Of a DNA stretch of 33,792 nt, positions 17,041-30,945 are shown piece after piece. The position numbers were made by a program, and so were the translations under genes. Origin of the DNA: Macrostomum lignano (lineage: Eukaryota); contig NIVC01000574.1 in NCBI GenBank assembly GCA_002269645.1, forward strand, positions 1-33,792, written 5' to 3'. The notes under the pieces are model-generated. The model saw only the letters and a list, made by a program, of their open reading frames with translations, was not told where the DNA came from and did no database searches. Each line of letters opens with the position of its first letter. Position 1 is the first letter of the stretch.

Positions 17041-18137
17041 TGGCGGCTTCAACATAAGGCGTCCCATTTTTATAAATTTTATTTCCTAGTCCTTGGACTG
17101 ACTGACCGAGTATCTGTATCTGAGACTGCACTGCACAGACCCGCGAGGCCGATTCATTCGTGGGCAATTCTAATGGACCCACGCGAAAGATTATATATTG
17201 CAGCCAAGAGGATAGTTTTGAATGTTTTAGATTTCCTTTGTATGTAAATTCATATCATGCAATTGGAATCGCATTGTTTCGGTTGTACTGAATCCTACCT
17301 TTTCGCGCCGGAGCTTAGAAATACAAAAGCTCCGTTCCTGCCGACATGGTCAGCAGGGCTGGCCATAGACCATAGCTAGAATCTTAATGCGCCCCTGTGC
17401 AAAGCCTTTCTAGCCGAGAATGGAGCATTTCACGAGCTATACTTGGCTTGGACCACAGATTCTATAAACCGAATCTGTGGCTTGGACAAATCTAGGGTCG
17501 AAAAAAGCAGTTCAAAGTGCATTTCACTTAATTCTCTCTGAATAGATTATGCAGTGTGTACACTCGATATCTAACAATAGACACTACAGTTCGCTTTAAA
17601 ATCTGCAAACAGGCCTTTTTGAAAGAGAAAGCACTGCACCTCCTTAATACGAGTAGTGCATCATTTTATTGAAAAGTAAATCAGCTACAACCATGGATAT
17701 TTTTGCATACATCGGATTCTGAGACTGATGATGTCATCACAGAGAATGCTGAAACCGACTCGCTGCATTCCATTGCAGATAAGTAGGACATTTTTCACCC
17801 ATTCTTCGTATGATCAGCGCTGCTGACCATGCTTGGCAGGAACGCCTAATGTGCAGCTCATAACTTTTCTTTTACCATAGACTCCAAAAAATTACTAGCA
17901 GTAAAGGCTGTTGGCCCATGGTCAGCAGCTGACCATCCGGCAGCTTAAAGTTAAATATTTATTTAACTGCGTTTCATGTGTATATCTCAAGTTTAATGAA
18001 GCTGGCAGTATAACTGAGCAGTACAGTAGTTACAGGTTATCAGAACAAAAATAGCTAAAATTAAGTCTACTACAACGTAAGTTAAATGAGTTACTTGCGT
18101 GAATTAAGGTTCTGGAATCAAGCAGAAATCTTGAGCT

Positions 18138-21100
18138 TGGCCTAGTCAGCTCAAAAAGCCACTTAAAGTGGTCTAGTCAGCTCAAAAAGCCACTTAAAGT
18201 GGTCTAGTCAGCTCAAACAGACACTTGAAGTGGCCTAGCTCAAACAGACACTTGAAGTGGTCTAGTCAGCTCAAACAGACACTTGAAGTGGTCTAGTCAG
18301 CTCAAACAGACACTTGAAGTGGTCTAGTCAGCTCAAACAGACACTTGAAGTGGTCTAGTCAGCTCAAACAGACACTTGAAGTGTTCTAGTCAGCTCAAAC
18401 AGACACTTGAAGTGGTCTAGTCAGCTCAAACAGACACTTGAAGTGGCCTAGCTCAAACAGACACTTGAAGTGGTCTAGTCAGCTGAAACAGACACTTGAA
18501 GTGGTCTAGTCAGCTCAAACAGACACTTGAAGTGGCCTATCTCAAACAGACACTTGAAGTGGTCTAGTCAGCTCAAACAGACACTTGAAGTGGTCTAGTC
18601 AGCTCAAACAGACACTTGAAGTGGTCTAGTCAGCTCAAACAGACACTTGAAGTGGCCTAGCTCAAACAGACACTTGAAGTGGCCTAGCTCAAACAGACAC
18701 TTAAAGTGGTCTAGTCAGCTCAAACAGACACTTGAAGTGGCCTAGCTCAAACAGACACTTGAAGTGGTCTAGTCAGCTCAAACAGACACTTAAAGTGGTC
18801 TAGTCAGCTCAAACAGACACTTGAAGTGGTCTAGTCAGCTCAAACAGACACTTGAAGTGGTCTAGTCAGCTCAAACAGACACTTGAAGTGGTCTAGTCAG
18901 CTCAAACAGACACTTGAAGTGGTCTAGTCAGCTCAAACAGACACTTGAAGTGGTCTAGTCAGCTCAAACAGACACTTGAAGTGGCCTAGCTCAAACAGAC
19001 ACTTGAAGTGGCCTAGCTCAAACAGACACTTAAAGTGGTCTAGTCAGCTCAAACAGACACTTGAAGTGGCCTAGCTCAAACAGACACTTGAAGTGGCCTA
19101 TCTCAAACAGACACTTGAAGTGGTCTAGTCAGCTCAAACAGACACTTGAAGTGGTCTAGTCAGCTCAAACAGACACTTGAAGTGGTCTAGTCAGCTCAAA
19201 CAGACACTTGAAGTGGCCTAGCTCAAACAGACACTTGAAGTGGCCTAGCTCAAACAGACACTTAAAGTGGTCTAGTCAGCTCAAACAGACACTTGAAGTG
19301 GCCTAGCTCAAACAGACACTTGAAGTGGTCTAGTCAGCTCAAACAGACACTTAAAGTGGTCTAGTCAGCTCAAACAGACACTTGAAGTGGTCTAGTCAGC
19401 TCAAACAGACACTTGAAGTGGTCTAGTCAGCTCAAACAGACACTTGAAGTGGTCTAGTCAGCTCAAACAGACACTTGAAGTGGTCTAGTCAGCTCAAACA
19501 GACACTTGAAGTGGTCTAGTCAGCTCAAACAGACAATTGAAGTGGTCTAGTCAGCTGAAACAGACACTTGAAGTGGCCTAGTCAGCTGAAACAGACACTT
19601 GAAGTGGCCTAGCTCAAACAGACACTTGAAGTGGTCTAGTCAGCTGAAACAGACACTTGAAGTGGTCTAGTCAGCTCAAACAGACACTTGAAGTGGCCTA
19701 GCTCAAACAGACACTTAAAGTGGTCTAGTCAGCTCAAACAGACACTTGAAGTGGCCTAGCTCAAACAGACACTTGAAGTGGTCTAGTCAGCTCAAACAGA
19801 CACTTAAAGTGGTCTAGTCAGCTCAAACAGACACTTGAAGTGGTCTAGTCAGCTCAAACAGACACTTGAAGTGGTCTAGTCAGCTCAAACAGACACTTGA
19901 AGTGGTCTAGTCAGCTCAAACAGACACTTGAAGTGGCCTAGCTCAAACAGACACTTGAAGTGGCCTAGCTCAAACAGACACTTAAAGTGGTCTAGTCAGC
20001 TCAAACAGACACTTGAAGTGGCCTAGCTCAAACAGACACTTGAAGTGGTCTAGTCAGCTCAAACAGACACTTAAAGTGGTCTAGTCAGCTCAAACAGACA
20101 CTTGAAGTGGTCTAGTCAGCTCAAACAGACACTTGAAGTGGTCTAGTCAGCTCAAACAGACACTTGAAGTGGTCTAGTCAGCTCAAACAGACACTTGAAG
20201 TGGTCTAGTCAGCTCAAACAGACACTTGAAGTGGTCTAGTCAGCTCAAACAGACACTTGAAGTGGCCTAGCTCAAACAGACACTTGAAGTGGCCTAGCTC
20301 AAACAGACACTTAAAGTGGTCTAGTCAGCTCAAACAGACACTTGAAGTGGCCTAGCTCAAACAGACACTTGAAGTGGCCTATCTCAAACAGACACTTGAA
20401 GTGGTCTAGTCAGCTCAAACAGACACTTGAAGTGGTCTAGTCAGCTCAAACAGACACTTGAAGTGGTCTAGTCAGCTCAAACAGACACTTGAAGTGGCCT
20501 AGCTCAAACAGACACTTGAAGTGGCCTAGCTCAAACAGACACTTAAAGTGGTCTAGTCAGCTCAAACAGACACTTGAAGTGGCCTAGCTCAAACAGACAC
20601 TTGAAGTGGTCTAGTCAGCTCAAACAGACACTTAAAGTGGTCTAGTCAGCTCAAACAGACACTTGAAGTGGTCTAGTCAGCTCAAACAGACACTTGAAGT
20701 GGTCTAGTCAGCTCAAACAGACACTTGAAGTGGTCTAGTCAGCTCAAACAGACACTTGAAGTGGTCTAGTCAGCTCAAACAGACACTTGAAGTGGTCTAG
20801 TCAGCTCAAACAGACACTTGAAGTGGTCTAGTCAGCTGAAACAGACACTTGAAGTGGCCTAGTCAGCTGAAACAGACACTTGAAGTGGCCTAGCTCAAAC
20901 AGACACTTGAAGTGGTCTAGTCAGCTGAAACAGACACTTGAAGTGGTCTAGTCAGCTCAAACAGACACTTGAAGTGGCCTAGCTCAAACAGACACTTAAA
21001 GTGGTCTAGTCAGCTCAAACAGACACTTGAAGTGGCCTAGCTCAAACAGACACTTGAAGTGGTCTAGTCAGCTCAAACAGACACTTAAAGTGGTCTAGTC

Positions 21101-23991
21101 AGCTCAAACAGACACTTGAAGTGGTCTAGTCAGCTCAAACAGACACTTGAAGTGGTCTAGTCAGCTCAAACAGACACTTGAAGTGGTCTAGTCAGCTCAA
21201 ACAGACACTTGAAGTGGTCTAGTCAGCTCAAACAGACACTTGAAGTGGTCTAGTCAGCTCAAACAGACACTTGAAGTGGTCTAGTCAGCTGAAACAGACA
21301 CTTGAAGTGGCCTAGTCAGCTGAAACAGACACTTGAAGTGGCCTAGCTCAAACAGACACTTGAAGTGGTCTAGTCAGCTGAAACAGACACTTGAAGTGGT
21401 CTAGTCAGCTCAAACAGACACTTGAAGTGGCCTAGCTCAAACAGACACTTAAAGTGGTCTAGTCAGCTCAAACAGACACTTGAAGTGGCCTAGCTCAAAC
21501 AGACACTTGAAGTGGTCTAGTCAGCTCAAACAGACACTTAAAGTGGTCTAGTCAGCTCAAACAGACACTTGAAGTGGTCTAGTCAGCTCAAACAGACACT
21601 TGAAGTGGCCTAGCTCAAACAGACACTTGAAGTGGCCTAGCTCAAACAGACACTTAAAGTGGTCTAGTCAGCTCAAACAGACACTTGAAGTGGCCTAGCT
21701 CAAACAGACACTTGAAGTGGTCTAGTCAGCTCAAACAGACACTTAAAGTGGTCTAGTCAGCTCAAACAGACACTTGAAGTGGTCTAGTCAGCTCAAACAG
21801 ACACTTGAAGTGGTCTAGTCAGCTCAAACAGACACTTGAAGTGGTCTAGTCAGCTCAAACAGACACTTGAAGTGGTCTAGTCAGCTCAAACAGACACTTG
21901 AAGTGGTCTAGTCAGCTCAAACAGACACTTGAAGTGGTCTAGTCAGCTGAAACAGACACTTGAAGTGGCCTAGTCAGCTGAAACAGACACTTGAAGTGGC
22001 CTAGCTCAAACAGACACTTGAAGTGGTCTAGTCAGCTGAAACAGACACTTGAAGTGGTCTAGTCAGCTCAAACAGACACTTGAAGTGGCCTAGCTCAAAC
22101 AGACACTTAAAGTGGTCTAGTCAGCTCAAACAGACACTTGAAGTGGCCTAGCTCAAACAGACACTTGAAGTGGTCTAGTCAGCTCAAACAGACACTTAAA
22201 GTGGTCTAGTCAGCTCAAACAGACACTTGAAGTGGTCTAGTCAGCTCAAACAGACACTTGAAGTGGTCTAGTCAGCTCAAACAGACACTTGAAGTGGTCT
22301 AGTCAGCTCAAACAGACACTTGAAGTGGCCTAGCTCAAACAGACACTTGAAGTGGCCTAGCTCAAACAGACACTTAAAGTGGTCTAGTCAGCTCAAACAG
22401 ACACTTGAAGTGGCCTAGCTCAAACAGACACTTGAAGTGGTCTAGTCAGCTCAAACAGACACTTAAAGTGGTCTAGTCAGCTCAAACAGACACTTGAAGT
22501 GGTCTAGTCAGCTCAAACAGACACTTGAAGTGGTCTAGTCAGCTCAAACAGACACTTGAAGTGGTCTAGTCAGCTCAAACAGACACTTGAAGTGGTCTAG
22601 TCAGCTCAAACAGACACTTGAAGTGGTCTAGTCAGCTCAAACAGACACTTGAAGTGGCCTAGCTCAAACAGACACTTGAAGTGGCCTAGCTCAAACAGAC
22701 ACTTAAAGTGGTCTAGTCAGCTCAAACAGACACTTGAAGTGGCCTAGCTCAAACAGACACTTGAAGTGGCCTATCTCAAACAGACACTTGAAGTGGTCTA
22801 GTCAGCTCAAACAGACACTTGAAGTGGTCTAGTCAGCTCAAACAGACACTTGAAGTGGTCTAGTCAGCTCAAACAGACACTTGAAGTGGCCTAGCTCAAA
22901 CAGACACTTGAAGTGGCCTAGCTCAAACAGACACTTAAAGTGGTCTAGTCAGCTCAAACAGACACTTGAAGTGGCCTAGCTCAAACAGACACTTGAAGTG
23001 GTCTAGTCAGCTCAAACAGACACTTAAAGTGGTCTAGTCAGCTCAAACAGACACTTGAAGTGGTCTAGTCAGCTCAAACAGACACTTGAAGTGGTCTAGT
23101 CAGCTCAAACAGACACTTGAAGTGGTCTAGTCAGCTCAAACAGACACTTGAAGTGGTCTAGTCAGCTCAAACAGACACTTGAAGTGGTCTAGTCAGCTCA
23201 AACAGACACTTGAAGTGGTCTAGTCAGCTGAAACAGACACTTGAAGTGGCCTAGTCAGCTGAAACAGACACTTGAAGTGGCCTAGCTCAAACAGACACTT
23301 GAAGTGGTCTAGTCAGCTGAAACAGACACTTGAAGTGGTCTAGTCAGCTCAAACAGACACTTGAAGTGGCCTAGCTCAAACAGACACTTAAAGTGGTCTA
23401 GTCAGCTCAAACAGACACTTGAAGTGGCCTAGCTCAAACAGACACTTGAAGTGGTCTAGTCAGCTCAAACAGACACTTAAAGTGGTCTAGTCAGCTCAAA
23501 CAGACACTTGAAGTGGTCTAGTCAGCTCAAACAGACACTTGAAGTGGTCTAGTCAGCTCAAACAGACACTTGAAGTGGTCTAGTCAGCTCAAACAGACAC
23601 TTGAAGTGGTCTAGTCAGCTCAAACAGACACTTGAAGTGGTCTAGTCAGCTGAAACAGACACTTGAAGTGGCCTAGTCAGCTGAAACAGACACTTGAAGT
23701 GGCCTAGCTCAAACAGACACTTGAAGTGGTCTAGTCAGCTGAAACAGACACTTGAAGTGGTCTAGTCAGCTCAAACAGACACTTGAAGTGGCCTAGCTCA
23801 AACAGACACTTAAAGTGGTCTAGTCAGCTCAAACAGACACTTGAAGTGGCCTAGCTCAAACAGACACTTGAAGTGGTCTAGTCAGCTCAAACAGACACTT
23901 AAAGTGGTCTAGTCAGCTCAAACAGACACTTGAAGTGGTCTAGTCAGCTCAAACAGACACTTAAAGTGGTCTAGTCAGCTCAAACAGACAC
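18138..23991 (+). repeat. 5.85-kb satellite of 31-bp and 27-bp units (AGTCAGCTCAAACAGACACTTGAAGTGGTCT) with higher-order structure
   Basis: Roughly 190-200 contiguous near-identical units; the 27-bp variant lacks GTCA and has GGCCT; no unique spacers. Confidence 0.98.
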
Positions 23992-24419
23992 AATTGAGCA
24001 AGAAATGAACAAGTATTTTTAAAAGTCAGAATTTGCACAACTTGAAGTAGCACAATTTCAATTCAACATATTAATGCTGTTTATTCGTCATCAATAACCT
24101 GACAAGGCACCGCACCTCTATGATTACTAGTCATAAGAAGTGTATGAATTTATAGAAAATTTTACAGAAACTAACAATTTATAAAGGAACAAATTTGAAT
24201 TTAGGATAAAATCTGGGCAGGTACGAGCTATGCTTAAAACTGGAGTTCATTTTAAATGTTAAGCTGTGTAAGTATGTAGAATTTTACTGGATGCATCAGA
24301 ATCATGTGTGATCTTAGACTCTTACATGATATACTGCTTGTGCTTAATTTGTACACATTTTCAAGGACTGGCCTTGTGACCATTTGAGGAGCTGAATTTT
24401 TACCCTTTTACGCTCGTAG

Positions 24420-25160
24420 GACCCTCTATTAACTGTCGTTTTGAGTCCATTGGGGACCTTCTATTAACTGAAGCTTTGAGTTCATTGAGGACAATCTGTT
24501 AACTGTAGCTTTGAGTCCATTCAGGGCCCTCTATTATCTGTAGCTTTGAGTCCATTGGGGACCCTCTATTAACTGCAGCTTTGAGTCCATTGGGGACCCT
24601 CTATTAACTGTAGCTTTGAGTCCATTCAGGGCCCTCTATTATCTGTAGCTTTGAGTCCATTGGGGACCCTCTATTAACTGCAGCTTTGAGTCCATTGGGG
24701 ACCCTCTATTAACTGTAGCTTTGAGTCCATTCAGGGCCCTCTATTATCTGTAGCTTTGAGTCCATTGGGGACCCTCTATTAACTGTAGCTTTGAGTCTAT
24801 TGGGGACCCTCTATTAACTGTAGCTGTGAGCCCATTGAGGACCCTCTATTATCTGTAGCTTTGAGTCCATTGGGGACCCTCTATTAACTGCAGCTTTGAG
24901 TCCATTGGGGACCCTCTATTAACTGTAGCTTTGAGTCAATTCAGGGCCCTCTATTATCTGTAGCTTTGAGTCCATTGGGGACCCTCTATTAACTGTAGCT
25001 TTGAGTCTATTGGGGACCCTCTATTAACTGTAGCTGTGAGCCCATTGAGGACCCTCTATTATCTGTAGCTTTGAGTCCATTGGGGACCCTCTATTAACTG
25101 TAGCTGTGAGCCCATTGAGGACCCTCTATTAACTGTAGCTGTGAGCCCATTGAGGACCCT
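24420..25160 (+). repeat. 35-bp minisatellite (CTTTGAGTCCATTGGGGACCCTCTATTAACTGTAG)n
   Basis: About 20 tandem copies with recurrent variants. Confidence 0.95.
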
Positions 25161-25298
25161 GTTCTGTACTTGTAGTCTAGGGACCAATAATGCCCTGCTA
25201 TTAAAAGATATTTTGGAATGAAGCCATCAAACTTGCACCCTTAAATCATTCGAGAAGCACCACATTTCACTTTGGCTTCATCGGCAATGTCTCAGTTT

Positions 25299-26354
25299 TC
25301 AGCTCGCCCTGGCCATGTTAGACTTGCCGTGGCGCCACACCTGGGTGTGGTACTGGATGGCGTAGCTGGAGTTGTAGCGCCTGCGGCAGGTCTCCAGCTC
25401 ATCGGCCGTCATGCCGTTAAGGGTCCGGCAGGCTGGGTCACTGCCGAACCAGCTAAACGGGTTGAAGAACTCCGGCCTGTAGAGACAGACGGAGCCACTG
25501 TAGCTTGCCCAGTTCCTCTTCAGCAGCCGCATCAGCATCAGCGGCCCGGTGCGGTCCTCCTCTAGCGGGTAGCTGCCCGTCAGCAGACTCCACCGGCGCT
25601 GGCTGGCGATACGCTGAACCTCCTGGATTGCGTCCAGCCAGATCTGCTGGCCCGGCCGGCTGTACATCAGCGAGTTCTGCACAAGGCCGGACGGCATTCG
25701 CCAAGCTGTCCAGCCGGACCCGACGGACATCGAGCCCAGGACCACGCTGCAGTTGGCCAGCAGGTGGTGGAACGGGTGCAGGCACTCCGAGTCCAGGTCG
25801 GCGTACAGGCCGCCCATGCTGTACAGGTACAGGTACCGGACAGAGTCCACTCGCTCAATCTTTGTCGGCAGCGAGCGCCAAGTCGGATAGAAGTCGGGAA
25901 ATTTCCGACGCACAAAGTCGGCATTGTCGGCGTCCGTCCACAGCCGGTGCTGCCAGTCCGGGAAGCAGCGGCGCCAGCTGGCCGACCAGACAGAGAACCG
26001 GTTTGGAAGGCTGGCCGACTTCCACGACTGGTGCACGAAGCTCGGAGGGATGCCTCGGCCGCTGGCGCTGGCGCCGGTCGAGTGCAGGGGCAACATCGGT
26101 ATGGCCGGGAAGAACTCCAGCTCCTTGGCCAGCCGGTGCGCCAGATGCGAGGCGATCATCAGCGTCAGGAGCAGAGCTGGGAGGCCGAGTGCCAGCCGGA
26201 GCTTCGGGCTGCGAATTCGCATCCGGTTTAGGTGGCGCCGGGCGGGGCCGGGGCAGCGCTTCATCAGCTGCCGCCACACCAACGAGTCGTGTCGAGCGTG
26301 CCCAGCTGCAGCTGAATAAATTGGCGATCGAAAGCTCAGATTGATGGTGGACAT
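25299..26354 (-). CDS. Glycosyltransferase family 32 (DXD sugar-binding, OCH1/SUR1-like), type II membrane protein, intronless CDS
   Basis: Transmembrane anchor LALGLPALLLTLMIA; IP..VHQSWK; W...FPDWQHRLWTD; RVDSVRYLYLYSMGGLYADLD; TGP motif; GC-rich host-like codon use. Confidence 0.9.
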   Translation of the reverse strand: MSTINLSFRSPIYSAAAGHARHDSLVWRQLMKRCPGPARRHLNRMRIRSPKLRLALGLPALLLTLMIASHLAHRLAKELEFFPAIPMLPLHSTGASASGRGIPPSFVHQSWKSASLPNRFSVWSASWRRCFPDWQHRLWTDADNADFVRRKFPDFYPTWRSLPTKIERVDSVRYLYLYSMGGLYADLDSECLHPFHHLLANCSVVLGSMSVGSGWTAWRMPSGLVQNSLMYSRPGQQIWLDAIQEVQRIASQRRWSLLTGSYPLEEDRTGPLMLMRLLKRNWASYSGSVCLYRPEFFNPFSWFGSDPACRTLNGMTADELETCRRRYNSSYAIQYHTQVWRHGKSNMARAS

Positions 26355-26627
26355 GAGAGGCTGTGTAGCAATTAGGTGATTAATATATACTTATTATGTA
26401 CTCGTATTAGTCATTTTTAGAACTCCAAATGCCTCATATATATTTGTTGCAGTAGCAGCCTGTGAATAATGTCTATGGTCAAACTGTTTGATTTTATCGA
26501 TTTAGTGCAAATGTACATTTTTCACACCCGTCCAGATGGTCTGTGGCGAATCTTCTTTTGCTTCTGTGCTTAACTTATCGCCCGTGAGGGCTAACCGTTA
26601 GGATACAGAATGAGTACCGAAAGTATC

Positions 26628-27695
<1,068 letters not shown>

Positions 27696-28497
27696 ATAAG
27701 TAATAAAATCAAAATTTCCCAGTCTTACCAGCCAGGGTGAGATTGCCGCTTCTGTTCTTCAAGTGCTGAATGGAGGCCCACACCTATTCTTCCTGCTTGT
27801 TGCGGTGGCAGATTATTGCTTCTTCTCTTTGCTGATCACTCCAGCATAGCTATTACTCTAATTCTGTTTTCAGAAACAGCAGCTGCACAATGTTGGATTG
27901 GCCTACACACTACGGTTACAGTTCTGAGCGACAAAGTCCTGAGATATTAGGGCAGATGCTTTTGTTAGACACTCGCGGAGAATAGGGGGAGGTTGTGGGG
28001 TGGCGGCGGTACGGGAGTGACGGCTGAGCGGGCCTCGCTGAACTCAATGAAGTTTTGAGCAGTGAGCAGTTAACCAATGAGCAGGCAATGGGATGGTAGA
28101 ACGGCTCTCAGCATTGTCTGCTGCCGGTCTCTCCCCCCCCATCGCCTTCCCACCCTCCGCCATTCTAGTCAGGTGTATGGGAAAGTTGGAGAAGCGGGAA
28201 GGGAGAGGCCCGGGAAGGTGGCTGCATGGTAAAGGAGGAGAGGAAGGGTATACTGTAAGTGCGCTTACAAGCTACTCATTGGCGCGCAATCTCTATGCTC
28301 AATAATTCCCATGGGATTTTAAGCTTTAAGGTAAGACAGACCAGGTGAGAAATATTTATGTTGGTACAGCAGCCGTATGAGCCTTCATCGCCAACCCCAC
28401 CCAGTGCAAACTGAGGAACCGGAGAATTCAAGCCATGCCGTTTTGATAGATTAAATTTGTAGCGTGCGCTTGAGGCCTCTCAAAGCATAGTTTATGT

Positions 28498-28977
28498 CAG
28501 GGGTCGGGAATTTTTTCTAACCTTAACGGCCAGATGGAGAATCTGGCTCATGGCTGCCAGCCAGATGATAGCGGAGAGGAGAGGAAAGGGAGAGAGAGAG
28601 AGAGAGAAAAGAGGAAGGAAAGATGAGATTTGAGAGAGGAGAGAAAGGAGATGAGATGAGAGATGAATGAGAGAACATGCAGGTGACAGAAGATGGGAGA
28701 GAAGAGAGGAGAAAAGGGAGAAGAGAGGAGGGGAGAGAAGAGAGAAGAGAAGAGGGGTTAGAAGAGAGAAGAGAGAAGAGAGGAAGGGAGAGAAGAGAGA
28801 AGAGAAGAGGGCTGAGAAGAGAGAAGAGAGGAAGAGAGAGAAGAGAGAAGATAAGAGGGCTTAGAAGAGAGAAGAGAGGAGGGGAGAGAAGAGACTTAAA
28901 CCCAAAGCGAGCCGGATTGCTTATTGTGAAGTTTCAAATAACCCGAGGGCCGTATAGAGAGACTTTGCCGACCCCAG
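28498..28977. mobile_element. hAT (Charlie/Buster-like) MITE containing a GA-rich expansion
   Basis: TIRs CAGGGGTCGGGAA / TTGCCGACCCCAG; 8-bp flanks GTTTATGT and GTTTATAT (7/8 match, central TA). Confidence 0.75.
28575..28893 (+). repeat. Polypurine GA-rich simple repeat inside the MITE
   Basis: GAGAGAAGA-type units. Confidence 0.9.
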
Positions 28978-29629
28978 GTTTATATATCTAGATACTTGAA
29001 ACACAAAGTTCTCTATATCAGATACTGTCTCTAAGCGTGAAGTGCGGCAACCAGTAGCAAATTGATATTTTTGTATGTTTATTTCGCAGAAATTGCAGCC
29101 AGTCTAAACGATGGATAGGTTGATTTTAGAATTTTCAGTCTTGGTTTTTCTTACCCATTTTTAAAATGCATTATATCCTTAGCTGATCGCAACATTTTGA
29201 TCCTTTGTCAACAACCCGGTTATTTGAGTAGGATACTCTGACCAAGTTAAGTAGTCATGTTTGCACCTCCTACTTATCCTATTTGAATAGTCTGTGTGCT
29301 CAGATTTATACAAATCTGAATACTCTAGGAGGTGCAATTAATCTGACTGTTTATTCCATTAAACTAATTGCAAACCTAGCGACACACTACTTAATAAGTA
29401 GGCTTGTTTCGCGTATTTTTTCTAAAAAGAACTGTTTCTATAAGTGTTTTTAGTTTGCTGTTTAATTAAATTTGTTATGATCTATCTTAGCTAAAATTAA
29501 AACAATTAATTAAAACATAATGAGCCACAGTCAGGCAAATTTTCCATTATATGCGACTGCTTCGTTTGGAAATCCATTGGCACAATTGTACTTTGACACA
29601 AAGCTAATGAAGTGCCCGGTGTCAGGAAA

Positions 29630-29792
29630 GTTTCTAAAGTGTCAGTTAGTGTCAGGGAGGCTACATAAGTGTCAGTAATGTCAGGGGAGTTACTGCAGTG
29701 TTAGTAGTGTCAGGAGAGTTAGTATCGATAGCTGCAGTGTCAGTAGTGTCAGGGGAGCTACTGCAGTGTCAGTAGTGTCAGGAGACTGTCAG
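29630..29792 (+). repeat. Degenerate GTGTCAGTAGTGTCAGGGGAG short tandem repeat
   Basis: Several imperfect copies visible. Confidence 0.65.
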
Positions 29793-30474
29793 GGGGTCAT
29801 AGGGTACCACAGTAAGTTATGGTTCTGAGAGTGAGAGGGCCGGGAACAGCAGATCACTCAAGACAAGAACAGTGACAATAAAGTTGCGGTCTCGGCAACT
29901 GCAGAGCCAGACAATGCTGGGCAAACACAATTGCTGGGCCAGATGGCACAGAGCACACAAACCCGATTCAATGGATGCGTCACGTGCTTCTCCGCAACCC
30001 TATCCCGCCCGACTGTGGACTGTCCCGTTTTCAAGGCCAGCTCTCCCAAACCGAGGAGTTCTTTTAGCTCGTAACTCGGTTTTGTTTAGAGAAGAATTAC
30101 CAGACACAGAAGCTAAAACATCAAACACTCATGAAGATACGTTAGAATTTTTTTAATATAGAGATGATTAATTATCAATTAATCATTAATAATTAGTATT
30201 AACATTTTTTAATAAAAATGATCATTTGTCCTACTAGTTTATCTTACGCTGTGTTACAATCCAGATGGCAGATTTTAGCATTCCATGGCGTAACAGTCCT
30301 CCAAAGCAATCCGCATATAGCTAGTTACAGCTGTCAGACCGGGTTCTTTGTCCCATCCATATAGGACCATGGAGATCTAGAACTAGACTTGGAGTTACCA
30401 GCTCTTACCTATCACATCGATTTTTAGACAACTGTAGGCTGATTGCGGTTTTTCGCTTCAGCCGAGGGAGGGAC

Positions 30475-30945
30475 TTCACAAGCTCGAAACTTTATCACGA
30501 TTCACAAGCTCGAAACTTCACTGCACGATTCACAAGCTCGAAACTTCATCACGATTTACAAGCTCGAAACTTCATCACGATTTACAAGCTCGAAACTTCA
30601 TCACAAGCTTGAAACTTCATCACAAGCTCGAAACTTCATCACAAGCTCGAAACTCCATCACAAGCTTGAAACTTCATCACAAGCTCGAAACTTCATCACA
30701 AGCTCGAAACTTCATCACAAGCTCGAAACTTCATCACAAGCTCGAAACTTCATCACAAGCTCGAAACTTCATCACAAGCTCGAAACTTCATCACAAGCTC
30801 GAAACTCCACCACAAGCTCGAAACTTCATCACAAGCTCGAAACTTCATCACAAGCTCGAAACTCCATCACAAGCTCGAAACTTCATCACAAGCTCGAAAC
30901 TCCACCACAAGCTCGAAACTCCATCACAAGCTCGAAACTCCATCA
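30475..30945 (+). repeat. 19-bp minisatellite (CACAAGCTCGAAACTTCAT)n
   Basis: About 24 tandem copies. Confidence 0.95.

Noticed and set aside
16052-17247. Repetitive ORFs (HTESPVWVIQ..., SSVAGPASP...)
   Set aside because: Translations of 23-bp and 28/30-bp minisatellites whose units are mostly not multiples of three.
18138-23991. CRISPR array (31-bp palindromic repeats)
   Set aside because: Units are contiguous with no unique spacers, there are no cas genes, and the context is eukaryotic.
25272-26344. Several long ORFs overlapping the GT32 gene
   Set aside because: Expected in GC-rich coding DNA; only 25299-26354 has family motifs.
25299-26354. Functional link between the host glycosyltransferase and the viral lectin fibres
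   Set aside because: They are ~10 kb apart and separated by satellites; nothing in the sequence ties them beyond proximity.
27724-27860. Possible minus-strand coding exon ending at a GTAAG donor
   Set aside because: All three frames contain stops; it could be a UTR exon of the GT32 gene but cannot be supported from sequence alone.
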